NCBI GenBank assembly: GCA_964035545.1
Contig: OZ037765.1
Span: 22,939,504-23,003,503, forward strand
Length of the DNA: 64,000 nt
Direction: 5' to 3'
Source: Bugula neritina
Taxonomy: Eukaryota > Animalia > Bryozoa
The translations under genes were made by a program, and so were the position numbers. This document shows, piece after piece, positions 25,386-40,300 of the stretch. The stretch's first letter is position 1; each line of letters starts with the position of its first letter. The notes under the pieces are model-generated. The model was not told where the DNA came from, did no database searches, and saw only the letters and a program-made list of their open reading frames with translations.

Positions 25386-28300
25386 ATGGAGGATTCTAAG
25401 TTTGATGACTCAGATGTTTCGGAAGAAATAACTCGCCAGTTAGCTGAGATAGACATAGATGCAAATAGTGAACTGGAAACACCTGGAGATGTGACTACTT
25501 CACTGGAAGTTTCTCCAATTGATTTAAAACTCTTACATAATCTAGAGCATAGGCTATCTTCTCAAAGAAAAGCATTTGAAAAGCAACTGAAAGACTGTTC
25601 AGATTTACTGGATTCAGCAGCAGGTATGCTGATGTGAATTAAGTAAGCTTTTTATAAGAGATAAGGCTCTATATTATGTATATTATGTATATTGCATTGA
25701 AATTAAAATATCTAGTTGCATAAATAATTTCAATATGAAGAAGTTCTGAATAATGTGTTAAAGTTTTTTGTAAAGCATTTTTATACAACTAAATATTTTT
25801 GTTTGACTATACTTTGATATGTTAAAAATATGCAAATTATACAGCATTTGAATTTTTGACATATGACTTTTGTATTTTGTAGACAAAATAGCTTCTTGTA
25901 AAAAAGTAGACCTTAGTGCACTGAAAACTGAATATGCTAATGAAAATGAAAATGAGGAACAATTCAGGACAAGGGTAAATATATAAGTTAGAGTTATATT
26001 TGTACTTAATGGTCTAAAAATGTGTAGTATTCAATTTCAAGAAGTATATACTATTTTGAGGACAAAAATTTTACCAAAGCAACTTTTATGTTTCAGTCTA
26101 GCGTGAAATTTTTTTCAACGATTGAATTATAATAAACTTTGTAGATTCTTGAAGCTATTGCTGCTGAAGACGAAGCTGACGAATCAGATACAAACACAAG
26201 CTTTAATGATGATGAAGGTGTAGACACATATTTTATTTATGCTTACCATGTAACTTTACTTATATGAACATATTTGTTTTTTTATTTATTTTATTTATGT
26301 TTTTGAAATAAAATTTACTCTGACGGAAAGCTCAATATAATAATAAATATTTATATTTAAACTTTTCAGTGCCTTTAATGCACTGTATTTACTTAAATAT
26401 CGTGTAATTTAAATCTTAAATTTTTAGAAACAACAATAGTATTTTATGTATTTTCTAACTATTTCAATTTCTTTTAAATGCTTTAGATTTCTACTCAAAT
26501 AACCCTGTATATTTTGTTTGTTAACTATTTAATAGAAGACAGGATGGAAATCACTTTACTTAGAGTTCCAGGATTGCAGTCAGTTAATACCGGCCAGGAG
26601 TCACACAGAGTTGCTGATGAAGTCAGCATCAACACCTGCGCTGCCTCACCTGTAGCTAATGAAACTTTTCAAGCACTGGTTGTGTATGATGAAAATAGCC
26701 TAGCAGTTCTGCAGGAAGCTGCTGCATCGAGAGTTTCAAAACTCAAAAGACAACAGGCCATTACTTTAAAAAAACAACAAATAGTATGTTGAATATTTTG
26801 TAAACCACATTATTCTAATTTTATAACTTGTGAAAAATATTATGTGGATGTAATGCGTCAAAAATTTTATTATTGAGGTTAAGTGTTAGTTGAAGTTATT
26901 GAGCTGCAGAACATTTAACTTTAAAGAGCATAGTTAGCTGAACTAGTTTTTTGTGTTTACTAGTTTCAACTTGCAGATTTGGTTTAAAATAATTATTTGA
27001 TAAATTTTGTACCTTTTATGGTGACAATAATCTTACTTTTGAAGAATCATCAGAAGTTTGATAATGCAATCAAGAGTCGCGATGAAAATAATATGAGCAA
27101 AAGGCAACAACGTCTCAATGCTACCAAGTTAGAAGAAGAAAAAAATCAAGCTCTTTCTTTTCAAAGGGAAGAAAATTTAAGGATAGAATTGAACAAGAAA
27201 GAAGCAGCCATGTCTGATATTGCAAAATCTTTTGAGGTACTTAATATGCCTGAATGAAATAAATAAAGCTTGATTTCTGCTTATTGACTTCTAAGTCTTC
27301 ATCATGCTTGCACAAAAGTAGAAAATGTAATTTAAAATTTTATTACTGAAAATGACAGATTCTCTTTAAATTGCAACTTGATATTCATAACTTACGTTAC
27401 GTTCGTAAAATTTAAGACTTTTTAATTCTAATTTTAGAACCAAATTTATGAGTTAGAAAAACAGACTCAAGCTGAACAACTTCGATTAAAAGAAGAGATC
27501 AATAAACTTACTGAACAGAGAGAGAAAAAGAAGATCCAGTGTGCTGTGAAAATTCAATCAATTTACAGAGGTTACAGGTGAGTTCTTTCAATTTGTTATT
27601 GCTATTAGATGGTTGATCAATCTTTTAAATTATCTTTGTGTGACTCTTGTATACATTGAGGCATACCTATATTCACCAAACTTACAGCCTACATACTGTT
27701 AGTACCTACTGTGTGGTCGTAGCTGCGTCATGTTGTGTAACACTTAATTTATGCCAAGAAAACTATGAAAATAACAAATTTTTAGAGTTAGGAAGAGTTT
27801 TGGTCAAGAAGTTAAAAGCCGTATTGCTGAACGTATGCAGGTCATTGAAGAAAAGTTAATACAGGAAGCTGAAAAACGGATAAAGCTTGTTGAAGAACAA
27901 AAGCAGAAGGTGAAAATTTTCAATTTTGATGTGTTTATAATATGATATGTTGTTTGAGTAAAAGTTTTTACCACCTATTTAGATCTCATAATTTACTTTA
28001 TACAACTATTATCAATTACAGGAAGAGGCACTGCGTTTGGCTGAAATAAAACTTTTGAAAGAAAAGCAAGCTAAAGAGGAGGAAGAACTGAGAATGAAAC
28101 GTGAGAAAGAGATTGAAGAAGCAAAGTTGAAGGAGATGAAAGCAAAAGAAGAAGAAAGAGCAAAGAAACTTGAAAAACAGAGGAAAAAGGAAGAGAAAGA
28201 GCGGTTAAAAGCAGAAAAGGAAGCAAAAATTCAAGCTGATAAAAAAGCAAAAGCTGAAGCAGAGGCTAAAGTCAAAGCAGAAGCAGAGGCTAAACTTAAA

Positions 28301-31300
28301 GCAGAAGCAGAGGCTAAACTCAAAGCAGAAGCAGAGGCTAATCTTAAAGCAGAAGTAGAGGCTAATCTTAAAGCAGAAGCAGAGGCTAAACTTAAAGCAG
28401 AAGCAGAGGCTAAACTTAAAGCGGAATCTAAAATGAAGTTGGAACAAAAAGCAAAAGCAGAATTTACAAGTTCAAACACTTTAAAGATGAGCAGAGATGC
28501 TCCTTTAAAACCAAACGCCGAGCACTTCAAGGATGAAATGAGGTCAAGTTTCGCAGAAGTGCAACACCAGATTCCAAGTGAGCTACAATCTGTAAATGAT
28601 ACTAAGCATCTGCTTCAAGAAGAACAAAATGTGAATTCTAATGATGGACATGGAACTGTACACGCTGATGGCAAAGTTCAGGAAAGTAGTAAGAAACAGC
28701 ACGCCAACAAAGAGATGTCTATCAACTTTTCAAAAGAAGCTTCTGCCAATGGCAATAAATTTTCTGGTGAAAAAGTTGCCACTATTGCTGATGCACATTT
28801 AAGTGGTCACTCATCTAAAGCACTTAACAAGTAGGTTTAGTTGCTTTGTCTTACAACGTTGGTTTTATCACATCAGTTATATTTGAATTATATAGGCATT
28901 TATATTTTATGTTGAAATATCAGCAGAATTTTATTTTGTATAAAAGACTTGTGTGTTTATGTGTACATGCATTGATATTATTCCTATTACTAAAAGGAGC
29001 AACGACCATCAGACAACAAAAGAGGAGATACTTAATCAACAAACTAATATTAAACCCAATAATTCTGTTCAAAGCAAGCCCAAAGATTTCACCAGCAAAG
29101 CTCCAAAGCTTTTTGCATCCAATGGTTTATCAAAAAACTCTTCAACAAGTTCAATAGACCTCTCGTATCTTTCATCTAAAATAGAGGAGCGAAGAAAGCG
29201 ATGGATTGAAGAATGTACACCTTGGAGGTAGGCAACACGCTTATTAACTGTATTAAATAACATATTGATCATAAAACTAATTATATGGTGGCCTCAAAAA
29301 GCATTAGATTATTTTATTTTCACAATAAAACAGTAAGATCTCATCAGAAGCTAGGAATACTATCAGCAAAGTTCGAAAAAGGCTGAAGCGGCCTCCTTCT
29401 GCAGCCAAAAAGCAAAGCCCAATAAGTGAGGATCTTCTGTTATCACAGTCGGAAAAATGCAGTCTGTCGCAGGTTTGAGCACTTCAGTTTTAATGTAATA
29501 TTTCAAAGCTGAGTTGAACAACCTAAGTGAAGTTTTTTACTTAATGGTCTTAGTTGATAATCTTGTTTTGCATTAGTTGAAGTAGTTAAATTCTTGCATA
29601 CAGTTCATTCAATCTTCACGTTTGCATCTGACATTGCCAAAAAACTCTTTATGTTCTATTCGAACTTTTATGCTTATAGATCCAGATTTAGTTTAATCTT
29701 CTTTTTGCATAGAATAGTATATTTTTTGTTACAAGTCATGTTTGCTTTTATAATTTATATAAGATATTATAACTACTAGTCAAAATGTCTAGAAGATGAC
29801 TCTCGTATTCCATTGTGTAATTTGATTGTTAGTGTGTGAGTTCATATTTAGCAGACACATAACAATTTTATACATTGGTTTAGCCTATCAATTTATAAAT
29901 ATATTAGTAAATTTCAGTGCTTCGTGTATGTTGCCATCAGACTATATTTATAGTTCTTGTCTAATGGGCAATAATACTTAAAACTATTTTATTAAGTAGC
30001 TTACTTTATGCATAAAAATAATATATTTACAGAGTGGTAAATATTGACTGACAATGCCATTGATAAATCTATCATATTTCAACCTTTTGTCCTTTGACAT
30101 GTGGCTACTAATAGTGCTATTACATACTAATACTATGCAGGTAGAAGCTGTGCAGCTGAAAGATTTACCAGGATGCACACTGTCAACGCTAGGTCCTTGT
30201 AAGAAGCTAAGAGCTCTCAGTTTAAAGAGCAGTGGTGTCTGTACTGTAGATCATCTGGATGCTGCCACTCACTTACTGTATGCTGACTTGAAGGTATTAT
30301 AATTATATCCTTTCTGCGAAATGTGCATCATTTTATTCATTTTTAGATGTTATTTTTTCCATTGTTCACTATCTAAACTGCTTGCTAGTAAAACCCATTG
30401 CTAGGCCCACTTTCATTATCACTGCAACTCTGCTCTATGAAAAGCAGATTTGCTAATTGTTTAATGATGTTACTACTCAAAATAAATGGACATGGTATAC
30501 AAATATGGAATAACTAAGCCTATGCTACAGTGTATATAAAACTTGTGTTAAAGCCATGGGTCAATGAACCCATTAATCTATTAGTCAAAACAAGATCTAT
30601 TCTTGAGGTGGTCAGTTGACAATACCTGACCTGAATGAACTAATCATCAGCTTAATGTATACATGTGAAGAAGACTGTTTTTATGTCATCATGGGTTTTA
30701 GTTGGTTGCAATTTTTTTCTCAGTAAATTTATGTTGAGCCTCAGATAGGAGTAGATAGCAGGGTCTGACAGATAATAACCAAGTTGTGTTCAGGAGTGTG
30801 TGAGCCTAGGGCCACACGGTGCGTATTTTCGCATGCGAAAATTGAAATCACAAGTAGCACTTGCGTTGAAAATGCTGAGCGACAAGTGCGAATCGTCTCT
30901 GTCATCGTCACCTAATTGGCTGGTAGCTATTCAGCGAGCCCAATTTCTTTAATTTAGTGCTACATTCCAGCAAATTGCGTTCTATTGAAAGCGAGTGCGA
31001 TTTAAAAATGAAAGCTTTATTTATCACGCATCACTGACGCTACAGTGGACACCTTTGCTACATGTGATTTCAATTTTCGCATGCGAAAATACGCACCGTG
31101 TGGCCCTAGGCTTAGTCTGTTGAATGTATACATGTTTCTGCACCTGTCTACAATGTGTATGTGCATCACCAACAGCTTGTTAATTGCTCTGTAGCAGTGC
31201 TACTATAACCATACCTGGTAAATGCAAATAACAGACTTGCAAACTAGCAAATAACACATTATAATAGTTCTAGTGGTAATAGTTTCTTGATTGTATTAGT

Positions 31301-34300
31301 CATCATTGCAATTAAATCTATATACATGATATATAACAGTATAATTGTAATAATTGTAATAATATTGCAATTTCCTTATTAATATTCCATTTGATAAAAT
31401 CAAAAACCAGCTTACCACAAGTTATTTGTAAACCTGCATTTTTTATTTTGATGTAATACAATTAGAATAAATAAAATGTAATCATTTTGTGTGAAATAAT
31501 ACATCAAATTTATGTCCTGTTTACTTTTTGCATACAAGGTTGTTAAAAATGGAAACATAATTAAATCCTACAGTTTTTAACAGTATTTTGAATCTGATTT
31601 TGTGTTAATTTCAATATAATGATTCTCTAGTAATAGCAAACATTTGTTGCAGATGAATGCTATAGATTCTGTCAACCTTCACAGTTCTACTCTAGTCTAC
31701 CTCAACCTGTCTTCTAACTATTTAAATGCTATTCGTGGATTTGAGTCTTGCATCAATCTGAGATATCTCAACCTCTCACACAACAAGATATCTAAAATGT
31801 GTAAGTAATTAGTATAGCTCATAGGACAATAATGCTGGTGCATATCGAATCCATCAGTGTTGGCTTATTCACTGCGTTCCCATTGCTTTGAATGGATCCA
31901 TGCAGATGCTCCTACGATGGATTTGTGGTTGCGTTGCATTAACATGGTTGTGGTTTCATTCGATGCAACTTTTTCCAAACCTCGAATGAAAAATCCATTC
32001 GCAGAAGCAATGGAAATGAAACAATGGTAGTGATTGTGCACAGTATTTGTTATTTAGAATCTTAATGCTGTTCATCCAACTAATGCTGTTCATCCAACTA
32101 ATTGCACATATAATATATCAGCTGCTTACATAATGCTGTTAAATAATTAGTATTAAAAAAAAAGGTTGTGATTTTTTTCCACTGCACGGTGCTGTTTTTG
32201 TGTTCGTTATTCTGGAAGCTCTTTTGTAGCAAATTTGGGTTCTTTAAAATCGCTGCACACCCTTGACCTTTCCCACAATGCTCTGATCAACACCAAAGGT
32301 CTGGGAGAGTGTGTAACCCTCCAGGTGGTTGATATTAGTCATAACCATTTAACCAGCATCGATGAGCTAAGGAACCTATGTTTGCTGAGGAAACTTACAG
32401 CTACTGCTAACAACCTGATGGAGGTATACAGATGTGGCAATACATGTTCATTATCATATGTCAATGTTTTAGTTGTGACTCATTAAAAATAACATATCGT
32501 TCATCATTTTCTAAAAGTAATATTACTAGCAATTCATCTTGGTATATATAGATAATTAATGTTTTACTAAATAAAAAATTCCACTCATCAATATTATTAA
32601 TTTTCATATACATACAAGGGAGTTTATGAAATGCAAATGTAGTCAAGTATGGGTTGATTTAATGTTAAATTAAAATTGCTATACATAATAACATGTCTAT
32701 AATTATTGTTACAATAAGCCTTCCATAAAATTTAATTAATATTTGACCAGAATAAATAATTTAATTTTAAAAACCAATCTAATATGTTTCAGGAAGCTCT
32801 AATAACTAATTTATCATTTTCACTTATATGTAGTTTGTGATGGATTATGACGTTAATATCAGAGCAGACTTTATTTTTTGTATAATATGTTATTTACTGA
32901 TTAATATTCATTTAACCCACCCTGTCGGCTACCAACTCTTTTGATGGATGGAGGAATGTGTAAAATGGTTTGGGTAGTATTAAATTAATCATGTTTTTTA
33001 AATTGCATATATTTTCATTAAAAACTGAAATTGAAAGTAGTATGTTTGATAGTTTGAAGTCTAAGTTTAATTCGCTGCATAGCCCATGCTATATTATATA
33101 AATATATATATTTTGATATATGCTGCGGTTATATACTTGCAAATAAATGTTGTTTGTTATTTGGGCAGTTCCTATAAGGTTACTATGAAACTTGTAGATA
33201 CCAAGGCTGACCAACTGTGTCTTACTAGAATCTCTGAGTTTAGACGATAATAGCATATCCAGTTTAAACGGCTTGGCTTTCTTCTGGCTGCCGTGTTTGC
33301 ACTCAGTTAACCTCAGTCAGAATGGCATATCAGCTATACAAGTTCTACATGGATGCTACAGTGTGTCCAGCTTAGACTTGGGTCACAACCAACTTGTTGG
33401 TAAGAGCTGTTATGTAATTTCTGCTCTTCCTCCCCTAAATTAAGAAAAGTTTATGGAAGGTAGTTTTTTTAATTTTAAATTTATGTACCTATTAGTTACA
33501 TGCTTATTAACAGTGTGACAATTATTCATCATATATTTCGTATATCCTTAGGAAAAGTCCCAGCTCCAAAGAGCACATGTATGCATTATTACTGACTGGC
33601 CAAATAGTTTTTTCAATATTTTTGCAAGTTCTACATATTCAATAGAGTGGTTATCTGTCACTGTTCAAGTAGAGAGTTCATGCTACTTTTATGTTTTCAC
33701 AAAATAAGTTTTTTTGATGAAGTAATACTGTGGATATCCTGTGAAGTACTACTACCTCTGTCCTATTGGTAGGATAACAAATATGTTTGGCTTTGGGGGA
33801 AACAGTATTTGCTACAACAATTTAACCATTGAAAATAAATAAAATAAAATAAATCAATTATATAATTTCACATGCAGCAGCTATTAGTGTATAAGTAGTG
33901 TTACACAGGATAATTTATTTAGTGAAGTTATTCGAAAATTTAATTTACATGTTTCAAGAACCTAAATCTAAATGTTTAAAATGTATTCAATGTTTTATTA
34001 TTCCACATATTATATAAATCTTGATATTATGATGTGGGAGATTTGCTTATCACTATAATATCTTTTTGAAATGATTTAAACTGCTTAAGCTTGTTTGATC
34101 TAACATTGAAGAGTATTTTTTATTACTGTCATTAGTGATTAACATAGATTATACTGAAATAATTTTGAATATCCTTAATAATTATTGTGGTAAAACACTG
34201 CTCTTAATAACTTTATATAAAGTTAGATATTATTACATAATGCTACTGAATATAGAATTATATGCATCTTGTTTTACGCACATCTTGAACTAAAAATGAG

Positions 34301-37300
34301 GCTTGAGATTTGTTATCTCGTTTAATGTTATGCTAAGAAGTGAACTTAAAAGTATTTGCTATAAACTTATATATGGGTTTATGTTTTTCCAACCTTGCAT
34401 ATCAACTAATCTCAATAGAAGTTCAGTAAACCTGTTGTATTGACTTTGTTGAGCTTTAAATTCAGTTTTATTAAGTAACTCTACTTGCTACACAAGTATG
34501 CTCCGCCCACCTGCTCAGAATTCTAAACTCAATTACAACATTAAATTTTTTGCTCATTTATTAGCTTAATAATTACTAAAATTTGTAATTTTAATATACA
34601 AATTAAGTTTTTTTTATCTATATATTATTTATATGTGTATTATTCTACTTTGTTTCTAGCTAGAATCTGTGTTTAAAAGGAAATGCAATGATTGCTCAGG
34701 TTTGTTATTAATTATTTCTTTTACAGATCTTGGTAATCTTCTTGATGGTTTAAAGTTTTGCATTAATCTGGAATATCTTATGTTAGAGGGCAACCCTATT
34801 GTAGCAAAGGACACCAACAAGTATGTAATAACCAATACATCTTTGTGTTTCTACTTTCTGCATTTTTGCCTGTGAGCTTGGAGTATAATGAAGTATAGAT
34901 GGTCATTTAAACTGTTATTGTGTATGCAGGGTTTTTATTTATATTTTGTATTGGTTTTATACATTTTGCTGTAATAATAATTATGAAGAAAAAAGAGTTT
35001 ATTATTAATAGGGTTTCAAGTTTTACATCAGCTCTTTAGCAGTGGGGAGTGAATTCTTACTTACAAAACGATCAAGTCGTCCAAAAAGAAAAGGCTAAAT
35101 AGTTAGATTTCTATTAGTCTCACCAGAAAAACAATATATAACTAAATAGAATGATAATATGTTTCTTATATGACCAAATAAAATCTACTCTAGTTTTAGT
35201 GATTTTTCAATTAAACCACCCAAAGCTTCTTTCATCTGAACTATAAATAAGCCCATCAGTAGAATCTATCATATCTTCAAATACTAAATTGTATTAAATA
35301 TGGTGATGCCTATCACCATATTTTTGAAAAAATTCTGCTCCTACAGTGCTGTGGTGATTCAAGCAGTCATTTTAATTTTGTTCAATTTTAACGTCATTAG
35401 ATACATGTATTGTTGTGGGAATGATGCCCTGTTGTTTTGTTTAATATGTCTATATAATTCAAATTGTTTTTACACAAGTTGATAAAAATTATTATAAATT
35501 ATTTTATTATTGTAATTTATTCACTCACAAGTAGTTCCCATGGCTTCATAAGTTTGATATAATATTGGCTATACATAATAGAAATAAACATTATTTTCAA
35601 TAGATTTTAGTAAGAAATATGGATCATAGGCAATATTTTAAAGTAGATTAGCTTGTTTTAATATCGATTGCACACGAAGAATGCTTCTTCGAATTTGTTT
35701 GGTTAATAAATTAGGCTGACATAATCAAAATTGATTTATAACAAAAAATTGTTTGACAGAAAAGCTTTTTTATATATAACACTAAGTGGAAGTGGCTTTG
35801 ATGCACTTTACATTAGCCTACTAAGTGATATAAATTGTGTTGCAGAGCTCAACTATCATCAACTTTACCACAACTAAAGTATCTGGATGGACAGGGGTTG
35901 TTCTCCCATCATCCAATTGAATTTTCTTCTGAAATATTGAGTATGTGCTCCAAAAGTAGATCTGAGTTCTCTAGTCTTGAGAAAACATATCAGCCAATAA
36001 TTAGGTAGGTGGGGCTAGCCGCTATTGGCTGAAACAGTTGCCTAAAATCTGTACAAAGTTATAACGTAATGTTTTTTTAGTTATATGAAATTGTTTTTCA
36101 CTGATTTAATATTTTATATCTACGCTAGAACACTGCTAATATGTTTGTGTAGTGAACACTTCTTTCTAGCAAGAGTTGATTTACTGCTTTATCATTTAGA
36201 TATTTGAAATGTGAATCAAATAATATATAATTGAGCTAAAACTTATTAGAAGTCTTTAACAAAATTCATGATTGACTCGTTGATAAAAGGAAGGAAAAAC
36301 ATTTACTGCACTATTAGTTTCACATGATTAAATATCCACTAGAGTTATACTGATTTTATGCAGGTTACTGGGTTTAATTTACTATCATCAGCATCGTGTA
36401 TCTTTTATAAATTGATGAAAAATATTTTTAATGAATATCTAATACTTGTACTTGATTCTAATTTAAATGGGAATTTTTTTCTTATAGTTGTTTTTGCCAA
36501 ATCTAAATGTTTCTTTATCGATACTTTGAATTCCATACGATGTTGGATATCTGTTTCGTATTTAGCAACCACCTCTCTCAGTTCCCAATGAGTAACGAAG
36601 AGCTGCTGAAAAGAGTGAATCAACTTCAACTGTATTATCATTCGGCATTTACATTAGCTGAGAACTTAAGATATGCCCATGAATACGGCTCAATGACCTT
36701 TGAACCATTTCAAAAGCCTAAATCTGCTGCAACTTCTAAAGAATTGTTTGAAGCTAAAGTTGCTGACGCTACAAAAATGTCTCACAAAGATGAAGCAAGG
36801 CAGCTGTCGGAGAAAGACATTTTCGAGCAGAAGTGGGTTTTTGCATTAAAAAAAATCTTGTCAAGCTATTGTCATATATACACGCTGTGTTTGAAGCATC
36901 TTACAATGAAACTGTTTTAAGTATATAAAATAATATCACATAATTATTTGGTATTTTTGTAGTCAATGTCAACCACCCTACTATTGAATGTTAGCCGAAT
37001 TATGTATAATAACTTTACCATTACCAAGTGTTTTAGTCACTTGTGGCACAGCGTGAAACATTTTCTTGGTCTACTTTTATATAGTGTGTCATTTTTTAGA
37101 CTGCGAGCCACATTAGAGTCAACAGAACTCAAAGTTAGCACAGAAAATATGAAAATGATGAAAAGTATTCCGTCACCGAGACCCCATTCAAGAATGCATC
37201 AAAACTTTGCAGATAACAAAGTAAAAAGTTCCTTGGAAGATTCAGCAGTAATTAATGATGGCAGAAAAGCTGCTGGTACAACAAAAAGTCAATCATTTTT

Positions 37301-40300
37301 GCATCGTTCTAATGCTTTCAGCAATTCATATAGTAATGTGCCAGAGGCTAAGAGTAACGGTCCTCCTGAGGATGTATTGCCAGGCAAACCTGCTGACACT
37401 TTCAGCTCAAATGCCATTGTCAGCCATGTTGGCGGCCATGTTGGGAGCCATGTTGGCGGCCATGTTGGTAGCCATGTTGGCGGCCATGTTGGTAACGGAG
37501 AAATAAATGGTTCAATTTTTCAACTTGATGCTGCAGCCACAAAAATTCAGGTACACTGATTTTCTTAAAATGCTTTTTGTATGAGTTTTGATGTTTTTAC
37601 GGTTCATTTATTTGAACCATTTCTGCTAAGCTAATGGCAAAACTACGAGTAGCATTATTTTATTAAATATAGCAACTCCGTCATAGCTAAAGCTTCTAGT
37701 AATGTCATTTTCAATCAATAAAATTTTGCTCAACAGTTGCTGATATTACTGAATAAGCTGTAGTTATAATGTGTTTTTGTAGTTTTTTATGAAACTTAAT
37801 TGATTTGGTTGAAACGTTAGTGTATTCTGCATTCTACACAGACTTGTATTGACTATATTTGAGCCCCTCCTAAAAGTAGCAGCAAAACCATTTTTGCAGC
37901 CTATTCCATAGTTTAGAATGAAATCGCGGAATTTTGTACGTTGTTAGGCGCTGTGGCGAGGGCACTCACTTAGACAAAGACTGATGAAGGCCGTAGAGTT
38001 TGCCAACAGGCCAAGCAGCGCAGACAGTGATGATGAAATGCCAGAAATAGATCTCTCAACTTTTGACTTTGATGTTGATGAAAATGAGTGGCGTCCCCCG
38101 GACACACCCACTTTACCTCAGAAGTAAAATTTAGCAAATTTGTCAAACAGTGTTTTAGCTTATTTTATGTTTTTGACATATATACATATACACTGCTCAG
38201 CTGTTCGTACTGTCATAGGGTTTTGATAACCCAATGTATTTTGTTTACTTGTAGTTTAAATTGTGAAAGATATATGTCCTTGTTATATATGTACATTATT
38301 TTTAGCAACATTTAATTGTTTGGTAAAGTTGTAAGAGACCTTTTAAATGATGTCTTATTTTAGACACGCTGTGTTGCCCTCCAAACCATACAATTCTGAT
38401 AGAGTTGACAATACTTCTAATCAACTCTTTGATACACAACACAGACTGGCTTGGAGAGAGAGTCCCAGCTCAATGATGGAATCTTCTAGAAATGCTGTTC
38501 CCTGTTTATCCAGCATGAGTGGAGAAATTAGTCATCGCTCTAAAAAAGAGGAATTGATTGCAGAAGACTGGTGAGTTAAAAATTTACGCCAGTACAATTT
38601 TATTCTTGTACATGTATTTATGTGGAATTCAACAGTTTATTTTGTAAGAACAAGAAAATTACTTTTTTACAGATAATTAAGCCATTTTGTTAGAATGGTT
38701 ATCGAAAAATTGTCAAAATGTTTTTATGATTTTTATTTTTAAGTGCTATCAAGTTTTATTCTCTTGACATGTACATATGTATAGTGCTGAGTTACTTTAC
38801 TATTCTCCAGTGGCAAATGTGACTTCACCTTAGTGTGATTCTATAATGCTATTACTTCTCCCGTTATTTTTGAAGATTCTGTATCAGTATAATTTCAGTT
38901 GTTGGTATTGGCGTTTTGGGAATTGATAAAGTGACAATCGCATGAATTGAAGAATAATGAAAGAATTTTAGTTTGTGTGATGCTATGTATTCCAATTATT
39001 TTATGATTGGCTTAGTATTGCATCTTCAATTAAACCATTCAAGTATTTACCAAAATATACTGATAATGATATGTAGGGGCTTCAAAGATTCTCACACTGC
39101 TGAGTTGATGATGAAACGCGCCAAGAAACTCAAATACAATGCTCAGAGAAAGAAGAAACTGAATCAGTTAGGTGTGTGGCTCACCGGCTCTTATTCTTAT
39201 CAAGTTATTTGTATCATTAGCTCATACAGCATTATTCAATAGAATATGAGCAAATGAGAAATAATATTTCATTACAATAATATTATATTTTATTATTTAT
39301 GTATTTGTTTTGTATTCATCAATTTTTAGATGCGGTTAGCAGGTATGAATTTCAACAGAAGGTTTCACACAATGCTGAGCCTCCAAAAGTACTTGCTCCT
39401 GTACGGAAAGCTGCTCCTAGAGTAGAATACTTTAAAGGTAAACTTACTAAATTTTACTAAAGTTTAATGTAGAATAACAGCTATATTAATATAGCTACTT
39501 GAGACATCCCAGGAGTATACAATCAGGTTACATATTACTTGAAATAGTCATCTAGTGTTATGCATATCTGAAGAAGTAATGTGAAAGCAACTCCCATTTT
39601 TAATTTATTACCTATGGCAACATGTTATTCAATTACTAGCATTGGAAGAAGAGGCTCGAAAGAAAAAGTCCACTGATGCTGTTGAAAAGGAGGTTGCTGC
39701 TGAGAGGACGTACGAATGGATTCACACACAGGTTGGCAGCACAGAGATAGAGAACTCAGACAGACAAGAAAGTGGTGGACACCAGTTACCATATATGGAC
39801 AAAAGGTTGCTGGATGGTGGCCGAACACAGCTGGTGGTAAGTGCAAGCTTTTTACCACACTTGACCATATTTGAAGCATCTGCAACAATAACTTATTTCA
39901 AGTAATAGTTTTGAGGTATACCTTTGAGAGGCATGTATACATGTACAAAGTTGTACATTAATTTATGCTCTGAGTATTAAAAAAAACTTTTAATAGAGAT
40001 GTTATTCATAGCGAATAATCAAATTTGATTTTGCGTTTTAGGGAAGTCCCCTAGAAATAATGTCTGTAGACAGCTATGGTGGAGCTTCTTCTGCAGGCAG
40101 TCATAGGAAAGTGAGTCAGCAGTCCTCTCAGTTCAGCAACCCATCAGCACATAATAGTAAGTTAGTTAAATCACATTACACTTACCATGTCTACTATAAT
40201 AATGCAGTAGATATTATAAGTAGTACCCGTACACTACAGTGAATGGCATGTACAATTATTTAATTATTGCATTTTAATATAATTTTTGTGGGATTCTAGG

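Noticed and set aside
28205-28530. Antisense ORFs (FKFSLCFC / LSLASASA repeats)
   Set aside because: Shadows of the LRRIQ1 24-bp coding repeat.
32063-32101. 18-bp direct duplication taatgctgttcatccaac
   Set aside because: Ordinary local slippage duplication in an intron.
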